Of a stretch of 64,000 nt of DNA, positions 11,600-25,250 are shown one piece after another. Made by a program: the position numbers and the translations under genes. Position 1 is the stretch's first letter. Each line of letters starts with the position of its first letter. The notes below the pieces were generated by a model that worked only from the letters and a program-made list of their open reading frames with translations, searched no databases and was not told the origin of the DNA. This stretch comes from Octopus sinensis (Eukaryota): contig NC_043005.1 in assembly GCF_006345805.1 (NCBI RefSeq), forward strand, positions 32,364,001-32,428,000, written 5' to 3'.

Positions 11600-13849
11600 A
11601 GCACCATTAATACCATATTCTTTGTGAGACAAGTTCAAGTGAAGTACATTGCTAGGAGTAAGCTCTTATACCTATCATTCTATATTCACTAACTTGGCTG
11701 CCAAAAATTATGATACACTGATGTGAAGGTACTCAGTTATTGTTGTGATTGTTTAGACTTTAAATTCAGCTCTGACTGAGCTGACATACGAAGGTGCTCA
11801 GTTATCATTGTTATTGTTGAGCTGTGAGACTCAGTTCTGATGTAGCTGAAGTAATCTAACTTTGACTGTCCTCTCATTCCTTCAGCTACAATGTAGTTAA
11901 GCGTACAGTCTCCAATATATTCTTCCAAGATGATTGGTTATGATTTGAGGGTGATTTGGTTGTTATTCTTAATATTTTAAGTAACCATGTAGTGGTTTAT
12001 GTAGAGGTTCCCTTGTTTGCTCATGTTGAGACTCTCACCCTGGCTTGTATAACACTTTAGCTATGTGGTTATAAAGTCTCTCTTGGTTTACTATGGAATC
12101 TTGGACATCATTATATAACATATGTTGCGTGTTATACAAAAAGCATGTTTTGCATGTAATACAAAAAACAAACTTTAAAATAACAGCGAGACTTTATTCC
12201 TTTGCTAAATTATACTGTGGACCAAATAACAAATCATAGATTCTGGAGGTTGTATAGTTCGTCCATCATTTGGGTAATTAGGCTCTGGCTGCCATTGGTT
12301 ACAAGTGCTGCATTATAGCAGCAGAAAAATATCACGATGCATCCTCCTGTAATCCTCTCACCTCTCTGTCATGGAAGTTTTGTTAAGGTTGTGTATAGGC
12401 AGACATAGGCTCTCAGTGATGGTTCAAGTTAGTTATTTAGAAAGTATTACATACAACATGATTGGATCCGATATCCATATCCCATGCAGTATTCGATCAA
12501 TCAAAATACAGGACTCAACCAAATGTTCCAAACTCACATGATAGGTCAAACTAGGCTAGTTAACTACAAAATGTCACAACAGAAATGGGTCTCACTACAA
12601 CACTATAGAAATACAAAACATTGAGAGGAAACCATTAGTGCTCAAAACTGTAATTATTACTATAATTATGTAATTATGTCTACTTAATCTTCTTCAAGCA
12701 AAAATTGAACTTCTGTCCTCATCAATGAAATATTCGTAATCTAGGAAAAGAAATTGCAGGGAGATACTCCAACTAATGGAAATAAACAAAATATGCAATT
12801 CTGTCTCATAAATCTAGAATAGTTTCAATTTTTATAGCAGATTTATTGTCTTAAGACAACCTATGTGCAATATACACGGATTTTACATACAAGCTACATA
12901 CATGGCTGCTTGACTTGCAAGAAATAGCAGCCAAATTTCCTTCAACTTACATCCTGTAGTTTTCAATAAAGAATCGGTATATTAGATAATATCCTACACC
13001 CACAAAATGACAAGAATGCCTCAACTGAAATACCTTTTATAGTTGTTATGTTTGATTAGAACTGACCTGGGACTAAATAACAACAACAACAACAACTATG
13101 ACAGCAATAGTCGCAACAACAACAATGATATATCAACGTAAATTTTGGTTTGGATTGAACTCAGCTCTTTATCTCAATGTATTTATCCTCCATACCACAG
13201 ACTGGTTGTTTAAATGTTGGGAAATATGAATTTATTCACCAAATAAATCAAACTGCTTTAGAAAAGTGAATGTAGACATGTTAAAATACTTTATAATCAT
13301 TGCATTGATCCTCTTTGGGTGGATGTATGGAATGAAGTTATGTAGCCAATCCTGATGGGTATATAGCCATTTTAATCCAGTAAAGACCAGTGATCTTCAA
13401 AGTCTTATGGAAGGAAGCAGGGAGAAGATGGAAATGTTAGTAATTTTACTCTGAAACTCTTTTCCCCCAATATCATTTATCTGACTTTGACATGGAGAAT
13501 TGATTTGTTGTTATTAAAAGTCAGTAACCCTCTAAATCTCTTTCAGCTACTTTGTCTTCTTCATATGGCTATTTTCCTTACATTCACAAAGATGCTATGA
13601 TTGCAAATATTAATTTTTTTCCTTTAGTTTTATGTCTATTTTATTGAAGGAGAAAATATAATTGAAAATATTGAACTTACCCAATTGCTGGTATTTCTTT
13701 TCATTGATTTACTAGCAGCAAAAATAAAGTTCTTCAAAGATTTGAACTAAGAAACATCAGCTTATATGTTTGTCTAATCCAGAATGTTTCAGCTGTTAGT
13801 ATTTAGATATATAATGGGTCTATCTTTAGAGGCCTCTACCACAATACTC

Positions 13850-14400
13850 GATGTATCTAAAACTACATCTAGGATCTGAATTGAGGGGAATGGGTATTCT
13901 TTTCACAACTCAAAGATATTGAGTAGTATATAATCTCTTACTTGGTTCTCATAAGATCTACCTTCTTGTATTACTCCCATACAATAGTTTCTTTTCAGTT
14001 TCAATAATATAATCAGAGCTATATTCTACATTTCAACCCTACACTGAAAAGCTTTGCCTGTGTTTGTTTAGACTTCACTTCCTTCACTACTTACCTAACT
14101 TTCAGTAACAACTTCGTTCTTCTTGGCATGAATCCCCTCTTTCTTATTCTTCTAAGTTCATCTGTTGTCTTTACTCAAATTCCTCTAATTACCATCAGCT
14201 ATTTGATTATCTCACTTCTTGTATTGAAAATATGAATGTTCTTTATTTCTCTTTGAAGTGACTATCCCTGGTTGTGTTGATGAATATAATTTCTCCCAGC
14301 TCTTGTATTTTGTTATGGCAGAAGTTGTGCACAAGAGTGTAAGAATAGTATTACCTGAATAAATATTTGGATATGGTTATCTAGAATAAGCTTTTTCAGA
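13850..14400 (-). mobile_element. Highly decayed CR1-like LINE 3' fragment
   Basis: Remnants resembling RRRGD and RQSFxSVRV C-terminal motifs on the minus strand. Confidence 0.4.
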
Positions 14401-14801
14401 ATTAATATGTTCACACAGAATGCACTCTATACTACTCCAAACATAGTTATGATATTAAACTAACACAATAACCAATATGGATGATCAACACTGTCAACAA
14501 CTTACAGTTCACACAGTTTCTTTATTTTATTGAAATGCATTCGTCCACTTTCGGTCACTTGGGGATGGTCAGGATCCTTCCACAACACATTTCATCTTCA
14601 CTTCTACTACAGAGGCTGAACCATTTACCACCCTCAGCTGTTTGCATCATTTAGTATCCACTCCACTTCATATTCTTTTGAATATGATTGCTGTAGGTGC
14701 TGTAGTCTCCCTATTTTCATTAGACTGGTCTGGAGTACAAATTCAATCCATGGCCCTTGAAGCCCCACTCTCAAACATGAACATACGTGTGCACATGCAC
14801 G

Positions 14802-14833
<32 letters not shown>

Positions 14834-15559
14834 TTCAATGCCACATCCAAAAGATAGTTGTAAGACCAATTGATAAAAATTCACTTCAATGCTTCAACTA
14901 TGATGACTTTTACAGACAACACAGTTTCCTTTCTTTGTCTTGTCTAGTGCTACTGTAATGGCCTTTGTTCTTTTGAACCAGCCATCTGACTTCTGCACCA
15001 TGTAGGCCCACCACATCCCTTTATCTCTTCTCTTCCCATCATCACTATTGTCTCATCTCCCAAATCTCGTACTCAGTCTTTCTTCATCAGAATTTCAACT
15101 CTCTTCAATTCCGTCTCTCATTGGTTTGTTGAGATTTAAAGTGAACTTGACCACCTTATCACAAAAACATTAATTTAATTACTCTGAACTCAACCACATT
15201 AATATAACCATCATCCCTACACTCAAATATGTTAATCTGACTTGCAAAACTCATAGGAACTGCTTTCATTGTTTTGACTAGCCCATAAAAATTTCATTCT
15301 GAATAATTTCTGATTCTTTATGAAGATCTTGAATGCCTTCAAATTTTTATTTCATGCAATAATAGGGAACCTTAATTCAAGAAATAACTTTCAGGTGAAT
15401 TTTTCTGCAATATAGTTTCAATAACTATTGATATCAATGACTTCCAATACTCTAATAATATTCTTGGCAAAGTCATCAATGACCAACAAGGCTATTTCCA
15501 TAGCACTGACAGTCACTTCCTTGACATTTCATTTAATTTTTTCCCCGTTAATCATCTGA

Positions 15560-16380
15560 GGGATGAAGAAATGGTTGTAACATTCATACTCCCCTTCCTG
15601 CCTTTGTATCCAATCTGTACCTGTGAAACTATCCATACAACTTGTCTGCATATATTTCATCAAAATTTTTGTGCCACCAGTTACACCTTTCCAAATCACT
15701 TTCCTTGTTACTCATCCCACATTCGCATCATCATCCATTTCTACATTATTTTCCACTGAATACCTCGTTCCTTTGAACTCTCTCACATAACTGCATCACT
15801 CCCCACTCTTATCAATCACAATGTCTGCTCCTGCAAGCCTCTGACCTCCATGCCTATCACTGTGCATCTCTTTCCCTACACCACTTCACATCATCTCCCT
15901 ATTTCACATCTATCTATTGTTATATAATATCACTACTCTCCACCTCACTTTCTTTTGTACTGTCACTTATCACTTTCTCTTCTCTACACTTTTACCTTGT
16001 CCCTCAATCTGAGATTTTCCACTGACCACATCTCTGTCTGTTAATCCTCATCTCCACCTGTCACTCCCCTTTCGTATTCTTGCAAACCTACCTGTCCAAT
16101 CATCCTCAACTGTCTGTCCCCTCATATAATCACCTTCTAGTGTCTTGAGGGTACACTTTGACATCTCACCTCTACCATCTTTTCTCTCTTTCTTTCTGGA
16201 GTAGCCATGTGTCTCCTCTACAGAGAGATACCTATTCCAGTCCCTCTATTATACTTTAGCCTCTCAACCTCTGACACAAAACATCTCACTCAATACTGCA
16301 CCCCAGCTCAATTGAGGGGGTCTTGTCTTGTGAGTTACTTGGGGATTTCACCCATCCAGGTGTCACAAAAAGAGCATCAA
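15560..16380 (+). mobile_element. Old RTE-type pyrimidine-rich 3' UTR copy
   Basis: Homology to 10260-11015. Confidence 0.5.
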
Positions 16381-16758
16381 GTATAAGATAAATTGTTTCT
16401 TGGATTCTTAGTCAGGAATTGAAATCTTAGTCTAGATTTTTCTATGAGATACTTTCCATTGTTCTCAGTATAAGCACTTAGAAATTTGTGAGAGTCAGCA
16501 TCAAACTCAGATAAGTTCTGTTGTTTAAGTAAACATTCTTGTCTTAAATACAGATTAACTTCTTATTGTTCTCCAACCTACCTTTAATGTCCCGACATGT
16601 AAAAATACAAACCCTCTTGGAATATTTGGGGACAGTAATTTTCACTTTCAGATGTTACACATATTTCTATTTATAACAAATAACCTCTTCTTAACATCTG
16701 CAACAGAGGCAGTTATTGCTAAAGGTGCACAAGTTTTTCATTGTTATTTTCCACTTAC

Positions 16759-16830
16759 CATTGTAAAACAGCCAACTACTACAACCTTCTGTATATTGAC
16801 CATAATGCTAAATTCACGGGAAAACAAAAT
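16759..16830 (-). other. Candidate spliced exon (72 nt) ending in ATG
   Basis: Minus-strand acceptor ttatttcttacag and donor ATG|gtaagt; frame 0 open (ILFSREFSIMVNIQKVVVVGCFTM); unique sequence. Confidence 0.5.
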
Positions 16831-18249
16831 CTGTAAGAAATAACTTTCTTCTTTCTGCTGATTTTTATGGTGCATATTATACTGTCTCATGAAGATTAAA
16901 TAATCTAACAGTAACACAACTAGTTACAAATAAACACTGTAAAGTAGCTGATGTTAGGAAGGGTGTCCAGCTATCAAAACCATGCCAAAACAGACATTGG
17001 AGTTCAATGCAGTCTTCTGGTTTGTCGAATCCTTTTGGACTATCCAACCCATGCCAGCACAGAACATGGATGTTAAAAAATGGTGATGACGATGATGAGG
17101 ATGAAAATGACAATGATGTTGTAAACACTGGTTTATATTAAATGCTTGATTATATTGCCTTGAACACAATAGCACCTACTATCCAGGAATGCTGGACTCA
17201 CATTTAGAATGCACTTGCATATAAAAAATTTGAGTGCATTCAGAAAAATAAACTACATGCCAGAGATGAGAAATAAGCAACTGAATATAGCATTATGCTA
17301 CATATTAAAAAATCTGGAGTTCAAATCTATTTTAAGTATTTTAGTAAGTGATTTGGGCAGTATGCTCATTTCTGCATGATTCAGTTTTCCTAATCATCAG
17401 AATATATACCAGAACATCTGAGATGAACCAACGTCTTAGTCTAAAAGAAATCTATCTCTTGTCTTCTTAATTACCAGAAAATCTGAACAAATGTGCGAAA
17501 ATTTGAACTAGCTGGTGAGGAAAACTTAATATCAGGTGAGAAATGTTTTAAACTGCTCTCACAAATCACAGCAAATAATAAATTATCAAAAACTCTCCAC
17601 AAGTTATAACATGCTGCACACACACATACTCTCTCTCTCTCTCCCCTCTCTCCCTCTTCATCTCTCTCCGTCCTTGAGCCAGTGGCACAACAAAAGGAAA
17701 ATAGTATAAAATATAAAAAAGACTAATTAGGTATATGAAGGTTCAGTTAAAGGCTGCAGTCCATGCAATTCAATGTAAAAACTTAATACGAAGCACGAAT
17801 ATAATGACTTGTCAATCCTTTTGACTTCCTTTTACACAAGAAATCAGGTCAAAACTTAACACAACACCTTACAAGGAAACTTTAAAACTACTGGTGCACT
17901 TCACGTGGAAATTTTTAAAAACTGCTTCAGTAGAAAAATACAGAAAACTTAAATATCCTATTTCTGTACAAAAAGATTATGAATCATATTTTTCAATAAG
18001 GTCAAACATAAATATGGATTAACTAAATCCTTAAATTATTTTTTTAAAAACACAACATGTGATTAGAATATGGCAGGAAAGAATCATAAAAGCGTATTCA
18101 AGCCAAGCCAACTGGCAAGAAGGGGAAGATCATGAATGAAATTTTGATAATATCCATAGTTTCAGTTGGTCATGTTTGGGAATCCAGCTGGAAAGTTTAA
18201 TGATGGTTGCTTCTGATAGGACCCTATAGAGGAACACATGATCTATTAT

Positions 18250-20088
18250 ATATAGGAAAAACAGCTCTAATTGAAGTAAAAGCTAGAAAGAAAAAGTTTA
18301 ACAATAGCATGGATAGATTATAGGTAAGCCTATGACATGATCCCACACCCATCGATAAGTGGATGTTTGAGTATATTCAGTATAGCAGACAATATAAGAG
18401 AATTAATTAGCTTTAGCATGAAGAAATGGAAAGTAGATCTTTACTCAGGTGACACACTCTTAGGGAAAGTTAATATCAAAAGAGGAATTTTCCAGGGGGA
18501 CTCATTGTCCTCTTTAATATTTGTCTTATGCTTGATGCCCCTCAGTTTAGTATTAAGGAAGGTAAAGGCAGAGTATCGTTTCAGAAAAAGTAATGAAAAA
18601 ATTCACCATTTGTTCTACATGGATGATTTGAAGCTTTTTATTAAGGATGAAAATGAGATAGATTCCTTTATGCAGACTGTAAGACTCTTCAGCAAAGATA
18701 TAAGCATGGAATTTGGCATAGATAAATGTGCAATATTAATCATGAGAAGAGAACAGGTAGTTAACAGTGAAGGCATCCAATTACCAGATGGCCAGACATT
18801 CAAATCACTGAAAAGAGGAGAGAGTTATAAGTATCTAGGAGTATTAGAATCTGACAGTGTACTAACTACAGAAATGAAAACGAAAATTGAGAAGGAGCAC
18901 ATCAGAAGGTTGAGGAAGCTAATGAAGTCAAAACTAGGGAAGGCTGTAAATACTTGGGCAATGTCGTTACTTAGATACTCAGAAGCTTTTGTAGATTGGA
19001 CAAAATCTGAATTAACAAAGCTAGATAGAATGAGGAAGGAATTCAATATGAATAGAGGACTCCACCCAAGGACAGGAGTACCAAGATTATACCTACCTAG
19101 AAAGGAAGGTGGAAGAGAGTTAATATCAGTAGAAGACTGCATGGAGTTAGCTAAAATAGATATAGACTCCTAGGTAGGTAATAGTGAAGAAAGGTTATTA
19201 AAAGCTGCTAGAGTCTCAGCAAGGCATAGGGAAACCAAAACAACAAAGAACTTAAAAACCAGAAAAAAAGAATATAAATTATCTGACTGGAAGGAGAAGG
19301 TGTCGCATGGTAGATTCCTAAAGATAGTTGCAGCAAATAGTAGAACATGATTATGGCTGCTGAAAGGAAAGCTGAAGAGGGAAGCAGGAAATTTTTTTAG
19401 CAACTGCACAAGATCAAGCATTAAGAACTAACTGGATAAACGTCAAGATAGACAAAAACCAATTAAGTTTCCCAATGTAGATTATGCAAATCAAAGGAGG
19501 AAAGTGTTACTTATATAGTAAGTGATTGTAGCATGCTGGCACAGAAAGAATACAAGAAAGGACATGACAATCTAGGGAAAGCAATCCACTGGGAGCTATG
19601 TAGAAAACTAGGATTTGAACATACTGATAAATGGTATGAACATGAAAGTAAGAAATACAAGGTGCTGTGGGGCTTTAATATTCATACTGACAGAGTAATA
19701 GAAGCTAGAAAGCCTGGTTGGTAGTAGTAGATAAAGAAAATAGAAAGTACCAGTTAATTGACTTTACAGTCCCAAATAATGAAAAAATTAATATGAGAAG
19801 TATAGAAAAATATCAAAGTATCAAGACCTAGCTATTGAATTACAGAGACTATGGGAAGTGTGGATAAAATGTATCCCAGTAGTTATAGGTGTATTGGGAA
19901 CTATCCCTAAAGATCTGAACAGATGGATAGAGGAAATAGGCATAAAACCCAGTGTAGTACAGCTGCAGAAAACAGTGCTATTAGGGACAGCTAGGATACT
20001 TAGGAAGGTTCTTGGCATCTAAGGCTACTTGTTGTAGCCTGATGTTAGGATTCTTTTCTTTTCCAACAGTCTAATCTGTTAAGTGTAT

Positions 20089-20121
<33 letters not shown>

Positions 20122-20145
20122 AATAATAATAATAATAATAATAAT
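18250..20145 (+). mobile_element. R4/Dong-type non-LTR retrotransposon (RT, CCHC, restriction-like endonuclease), 5' truncated and decayed
   Basis: GIFQGDSLS, HLFYMDDLKLF, LYLPRKEGGR, CRLC..IVSDC, GHDNLGKAIHW; (AAC)n(AAT)n tail. Confidence 0.9.
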
Positions 20146-21133
20146 ACAAATATCCACAAAACACAAACAAAACAAAAAACTGTTTTTAGTCTTTAAGGAA
20201 GCTGACAAATACAAAAAAGAAGTCATAGTACCTAACAACTAAGAAGAAAAAGAAGAAACAAGAGCTACAAAACAACTGAAATCCACTCTAAAACTGGAAC
20301 AGCAATGGATCATGATAAAATGATGACAAGAAAAGCCCCGTCATGGTAAATATTGGGTCAAACGAAACAGAAAAGAAATAGACAAAGCAAATCCCAACAA
20401 TGGCTGAGAAGCTCAGGGCTCAACAGAGACTGAAGGATTTTTAATTGAAGCACAAGATCAAAACCTTCCTACCAGAAATTACCAAAAACATGTAATGAAA
20501 AGAAATAAAGTAACTGCAGAATATGTGGAGATGGAGAAGAAACAATAAATCATATTGTCTCTGGCTGTCCAGTCCTGACTAAGAAGGAATATATTCACAG
20601 ACACGACAGAGTTGGGACTATGTCAACACTATGGAACAACAACCGGAAAAAATGGTATAGACACTTGCCAGAAAAGGTCAAAGAAAAAGAGAAAGCAACC
20701 ATACTCTGTGATATGCCAATACACACAGATAGAGAAATTAAGGACAATAAGCCAGATATAGTTGTCAGAGATCATGAAGAAAAACAATGCTTTCTAATTG
20801 ATGTATCAATACCAACAGATGACAACATTTCTCTAAAAGAAACGGAGAAGCTTTCAAAATACAAAGACCTGGAAATAGAAGTAACTTGAATGTTGAGTCT
20901 AAAAACAGAAATAATTCCTATCATAGTAGGCACATTAGGTATGATAAAAAAATATTCAGACATATGTATAAAAAAAAACACCAGGACTAACAAGTATATA
21001 TAACATACAGAAAATAGCACTACTAGGCACCGCACACATCCTACATAAAACTCTTTCAATGCAGTAAAAATAAGAGCATCAGAACAAATCACAGCACATA
21101 CCCAAATGAAAGCACATGATAAAAATAAGACTA

Positions 21134-21185
<52 letters not shown>
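20146..21185 (+). mobile_element. Second R4/Dong-type LINE 3' fragment
   Basis: CRICG..ETINHIVSGC, RHD, NKPDIVVRD..LIDVSIP..KYKDL; (AAT)n tail. Confidence 0.85.
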
Positions 21186-21234
21186 TAATATAATAATTTT
21201 TTAATAATGATGATGACGATGATGATGATGATGC

Positions 21235-21440
21235 TTTTTATTATAGGCATAAAGCCTTAGATTTTGGGAGAGGGGAAAAGTCGATTACATCAACCCCATT
21301 GCTCAACTGGTACTTGTTTTAGTGGCCCCAAATAGATGAAAGGTAAAGGTGACCTTGGCAGAATTTGAATTCAGAATGTAGAGAAGAATGAAATGCTGCT
21401 TAGCATTTTGTTCTAATGATTCTGCCAGCTCACCACACCT
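21235..21440 (-). mobile_element. tRNA-derived SINE (family B), decayed
   Basis: Homologous to 11366-11599. Confidence 0.8.
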
Positions 21441-21481
21441 TGATAACAATAACAACAACAACTAAAACAACAACAATAATA

Positions 21482-22175
21482 ATGAATGAAACTTAAAAAT
21501 AGGTGGATAAAGAATGAAAATAAGTGGATAAAGAAAAGAATGCATGAACGATTTCATAGAGATATTGAAGATAAGACAGACAGAGAAAAAAGATGGCTAT
21601 GGATGACTAAAATGATATAAAACTAGAAACGGAGGTTCTAATCTGTGCTGACCAAGAGCAAGCATTAAGAACCAATTACATCAAATATAGAATAGACAAC
21701 ACATCAGAAAGTGATAAGTGCAGAATTTGGGGAGAAAATGGAGAAACTGTATGGCATATTATCAGTCAGGATTGTCCATTGGACACATTGCAACAAGTAT
21801 GGACTTGACAGAGCAAAAATGTGGTATGACCATAAACCCGAAGGCATCATTGTAAATGATAATACAATGACCCTATAGGATTTTATGATTCAGTGCAACC
21901 ATGAGATACAGAATAGGAAACCAGACATAGAGTTAATTGAGAAAGAAAGCAAACGATGCTGGGTCATAGATATAGCAAGCTCACCTGATAACAAGGTAGG
22001 AAGAAAGAAAAGTCGATATATATGACAGGTTAGCTTGGGAGGTTAAGCAGTTGTGGTCACTTGAAAAGGTGGTAGTAGTACCAATAACTGTCGGAACCCT
22101 GGGGACAGTGAGTAAAAATCTTGAGAAGTACATGGAACAAATAGGGGCTGCAATGAAGGTGGAGCACTGGTAGTG
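21482..22175 (+). mobile_element. Third R4/Dong-type LINE 3' fragment
   Basis: ETEVLICADQEQALRTNY, KCRIWGENGETVWHIIS, RKPDI, VVPITVGTLG motifs. Confidence 0.85.
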
Positions 22176-22609
22176 AACTGGTTGTGAACAGCTGACACCG
22201 TAGTACATCTCCAGAATTAGAAGCTGTGCAAAGACAATAATAATAATAATCCTTTCTACTGTGATCACAAGGCCTGAAAATTGTGGGGAGGGATTATATT
22301 GATCCTCAATTTCTGGCCAAAATATTTAACAGTGTCCAATTGAGAATATTGAAACTGTAATTTATGACTAAGATAGCTAGGGTGTTGATACCTACTATCT
22401 TGTTTTTCAGATTTACCTGTTTTAAGTATTAGTCTAACTCATCTATAGTATCCCTTCCTTTTCTTCTCTTTTATTTATGTATATTGTACCATATCTAGTT
22501 CATTGATTTCTAAGTATCTGCATGTCTGGGTTTGATCTAATTCTCTTATTTCATTTTCTTTCTATAGTTTGATATTGTTACTAAATAGTGATGGATGATA
22601 AAAAACCTC

Positions 22610-23900
22610 TGGAATTGAAAAGCTTGCTGCAACAACACCTTATTCTTCCATATACATCGACTTTGACTCTGAAGGCAATGGGAATAGGGAGCTGATCTTG
22701 GTTATTTGTAGACCTTTATCCACCTCTCTGTTGGAGGTAGTCGAAATGGAAAGGAAAGAATGTTATCTACTAGTGAAGTAAGCATGAATGGAATAACAGA
22801 ATTTGGGAAGCAACAGAGAGGAGCATTTACTTAAACCTAAACCATGACAGATCATTTGGGCAATGCTACCAAGCAAGGGATACTGAAAGGAGTTTAACAT
22901 TGACTAAACTTTCAAGTTTCTCATGAATTAGATGTCATTGTAGAGGCAGCAAGAATATGAATGAGGGACTGGTCCACAATATGTAAGCTTAGGGTTTGAT
23001 AAATAATTCCTCAGAATAAAAGAAGCCTTGATGGAGTTTATTTACATCAATATTTTTCAGTAATCGTTTGAGTTTTGACATCTTAGAAAGAAAAGTGGGT
23101 TCAAAAACAAAATGGTAAATTGAGATCTCAGATGGTGAAAGATCCTGATGGATGAGCAGAACTCATTGACAACTAAGTTCCTCAATCATCAAATTTGCGG
23201 TAGTGAGGACCTTATCTGACATGGGCTCCAAAACAAGCTGTTCAAATCTATAAACTCCATTCTATCAATATTGTATTGTCAATGCCATACGCAACTAATG
23301 CAGGATTAAGTGGGTCACCTAGTTGAACAACCAGGACAAAAAGAATGTGCTGATTTTAATTTGAGGGATCCTGATAAACTTGCCATGCAAAGTGGTAGAG
23401 CTCTAGAGTCTTCTCTTTCACTGAGTTGCAAATAATATCCTAACTGAGTGAATTGAAAGTGCTTTTAAAATCAAGTTTGAAAAATGTTCAAGGGGCCTCA
23501 TCAGGAGAATTTATGACTCCTGAATTGTTGCTTTGCACCTCAGTTTTGTGTCAACTAAACTGTGTTGAACAGATGTGAATTGGATAACCTCATTAGGTTT
23601 ATAGAGATTAAATAACTTAGTACTAAAAGCACAGGGTATATGTAGAGTAGGATACTCTCAGAAGAAAATGTGTTCACGAACTGAGAGCCAGTGTCATCAA
23701 CTAACATATATCGTCTTTTAACATGTTTGGGGCCAGGGGTTAAAAGCAGTAATTTGAAAAGCATTGGAAATAATCAACTGGAAGTATTGATGGAAGTTTA
23801 GTTCATATCAGATCAGGGGCTCAGCATTACATTGAACAAGAACGCAGACAAATCCTTCGATGTCATAGTCACTGAATTTAGCATTGATGATATTATATCT
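22610..23900 (-). mobile_element. Decayed CRE-clade non-LTR retrotransposon
   Basis: Minus-strand remnants KLDFKSTFNSL (~23450-23478), LYHFAWQVYQDPS, VQLGDPLNPALVAYGID (~23280-23330) resemble the CRE RT motifs KLDFKNAFNS and GVQQGDPLGP. Confidence 0.65.
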
Positions 23901-23916
23901 ATTCCATTTTATTTAC

Positions 23917-23992
23917 CCCGGACTTGAGAATAAAAATAAAAAGGTAGATTAGAAAAATACATGTAATGTTAATGAAAGTAGTTATATTTTAT
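23917..23992 (-). other. Candidate non-coding exon
   Basis: Strong polypyrimidine acceptor (ttttatttttacag) and donor GGG|gtaaat on the minus strand. Confidence 0.3.
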
Positions 23993-24009
23993 CTGTAAAA
24001 ATAAAAAAA

Positions 24010-25250
24010 AAATAAATCGTAGAAGACAAAAAAAAAAAAATGAATGTAGCGAATTTAGATCACAGAATGTTGGGTTTATGTGATTACGAAATAGGCTCAA
24101 AAGTTATGTCAAAATACTATTTTCCGATCAGACATTTGTGATAAACACAGATGACAAAACAACGACGACAATGATTTGTCTTTGCTCATAAGTGTAATAA
24201 ATAAAATTTCGCTAAAGATTGTTTTCAGGTATTTAATTTATGTTCTGGCTGTTTTCTCTCCATAAACATACGGATAAATTATTTTTGTTAGATTTAGTGA
24301 AAACATTAACGAAAGAGTTACAAAAATAAATTGTAAAGTATTTCTTCATGACCGAGAAATAAAATATGATAATTAATTAATGATTGGTGTAATTAATGAA
24401 ACTACCCTCCTTATCTCGAATGAAAAATTAAAAGATATGAGAATGTAATTCGAAGAAAAAGTATTTGATGTCGAGTAGAAAAGGAAATGAAAATTAAGAT
24501 GTCAGAAAAGAAAAGAACTTCCAAATTTCTTATGCTTTGGATTATTTGCTTCTTATGTAAGCAGGAAGTTTTAAGTAGGGAAATGGAAATTTGTGCTGCT
24601 GATGCCTCTCCTAACAGAAAACAAAGTGAAACGATTCCAACTGCATATCAAAAACGGTCCTTCTGTTTTTTGTTTGCTTTTTTTTGGTGAAAAGTGTAAA
24701 GCAAAAGAAATGTGATATGCAGGAAGATGAGAGAGAAAGAAGTATGTCTCTATAACAGGCAGACTGAAGAATCATAATGCAGCATAATACATGGCTGTAT
24801 AGTAGAGGGTAGGAGATAAGAAGAAATTGTAAGTCGATTAATCGATCACAACACGTACTGAGAAATAATAATTATTCTTGTTCAATAAATAAAATTCAAT
24901 CATAGAGCTATATGTCGATGTATCATCGTAGGGATATATAAATATATATACATATATATATATACATTAATAAACCCAGTAACGTTTCTCTCTGCAGTGG
25001 GGTGGCTTTTTTTCTGGTGACGTCACACCGACCGTCATCCGGGTGATTCATCATGGCTGCTCTATTTACAACATTGTTATAATGCTTCATCGGGCTCCAT
25101 TTCCGGAATTTCCGTGAAGGTTTGTCATGTTCTTTTATTTTTTAAACACTTCAGAAAAGGATCTTTCTAAAACAGTATCGATAATTTAGGTTAAGGTTAC
25201 GTTGCACAACTAGTGCAGGCGGGATAACAGAGGTCGTTCAGATGCTTGAT
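24010..25250. promoter_or_regulatory. CpG-retaining candidate promoter region, possibly bidirectional
   Basis: Unique DNA with visibly more CpG than the flanks; palindromic CRE TGACGTCA at 25018-25025, ETS-like TTCCGGAA near 25101, YY1-like CATGGCTGC at 25052. Confidence 0.55.
25030..25119 (+). other. Candidate first exon with two short uORFs
   Basis: MAALFTTLL* (25053-25082) and MLHRAPFPEFP* (25082-25117), then AAG|gtttgt donor; start coordinate is a guess. Confidence 0.4.

Noticed and set aside
14090-14354. Minus-strand exon with gtaagt donor
   Set aside because: Stop-rich and better explained as decayed CR1 sequence.
23470-23510. CTGATGA on the minus strand
   Set aside because: No stem II or GAAA; lies within the CRE RT relic.
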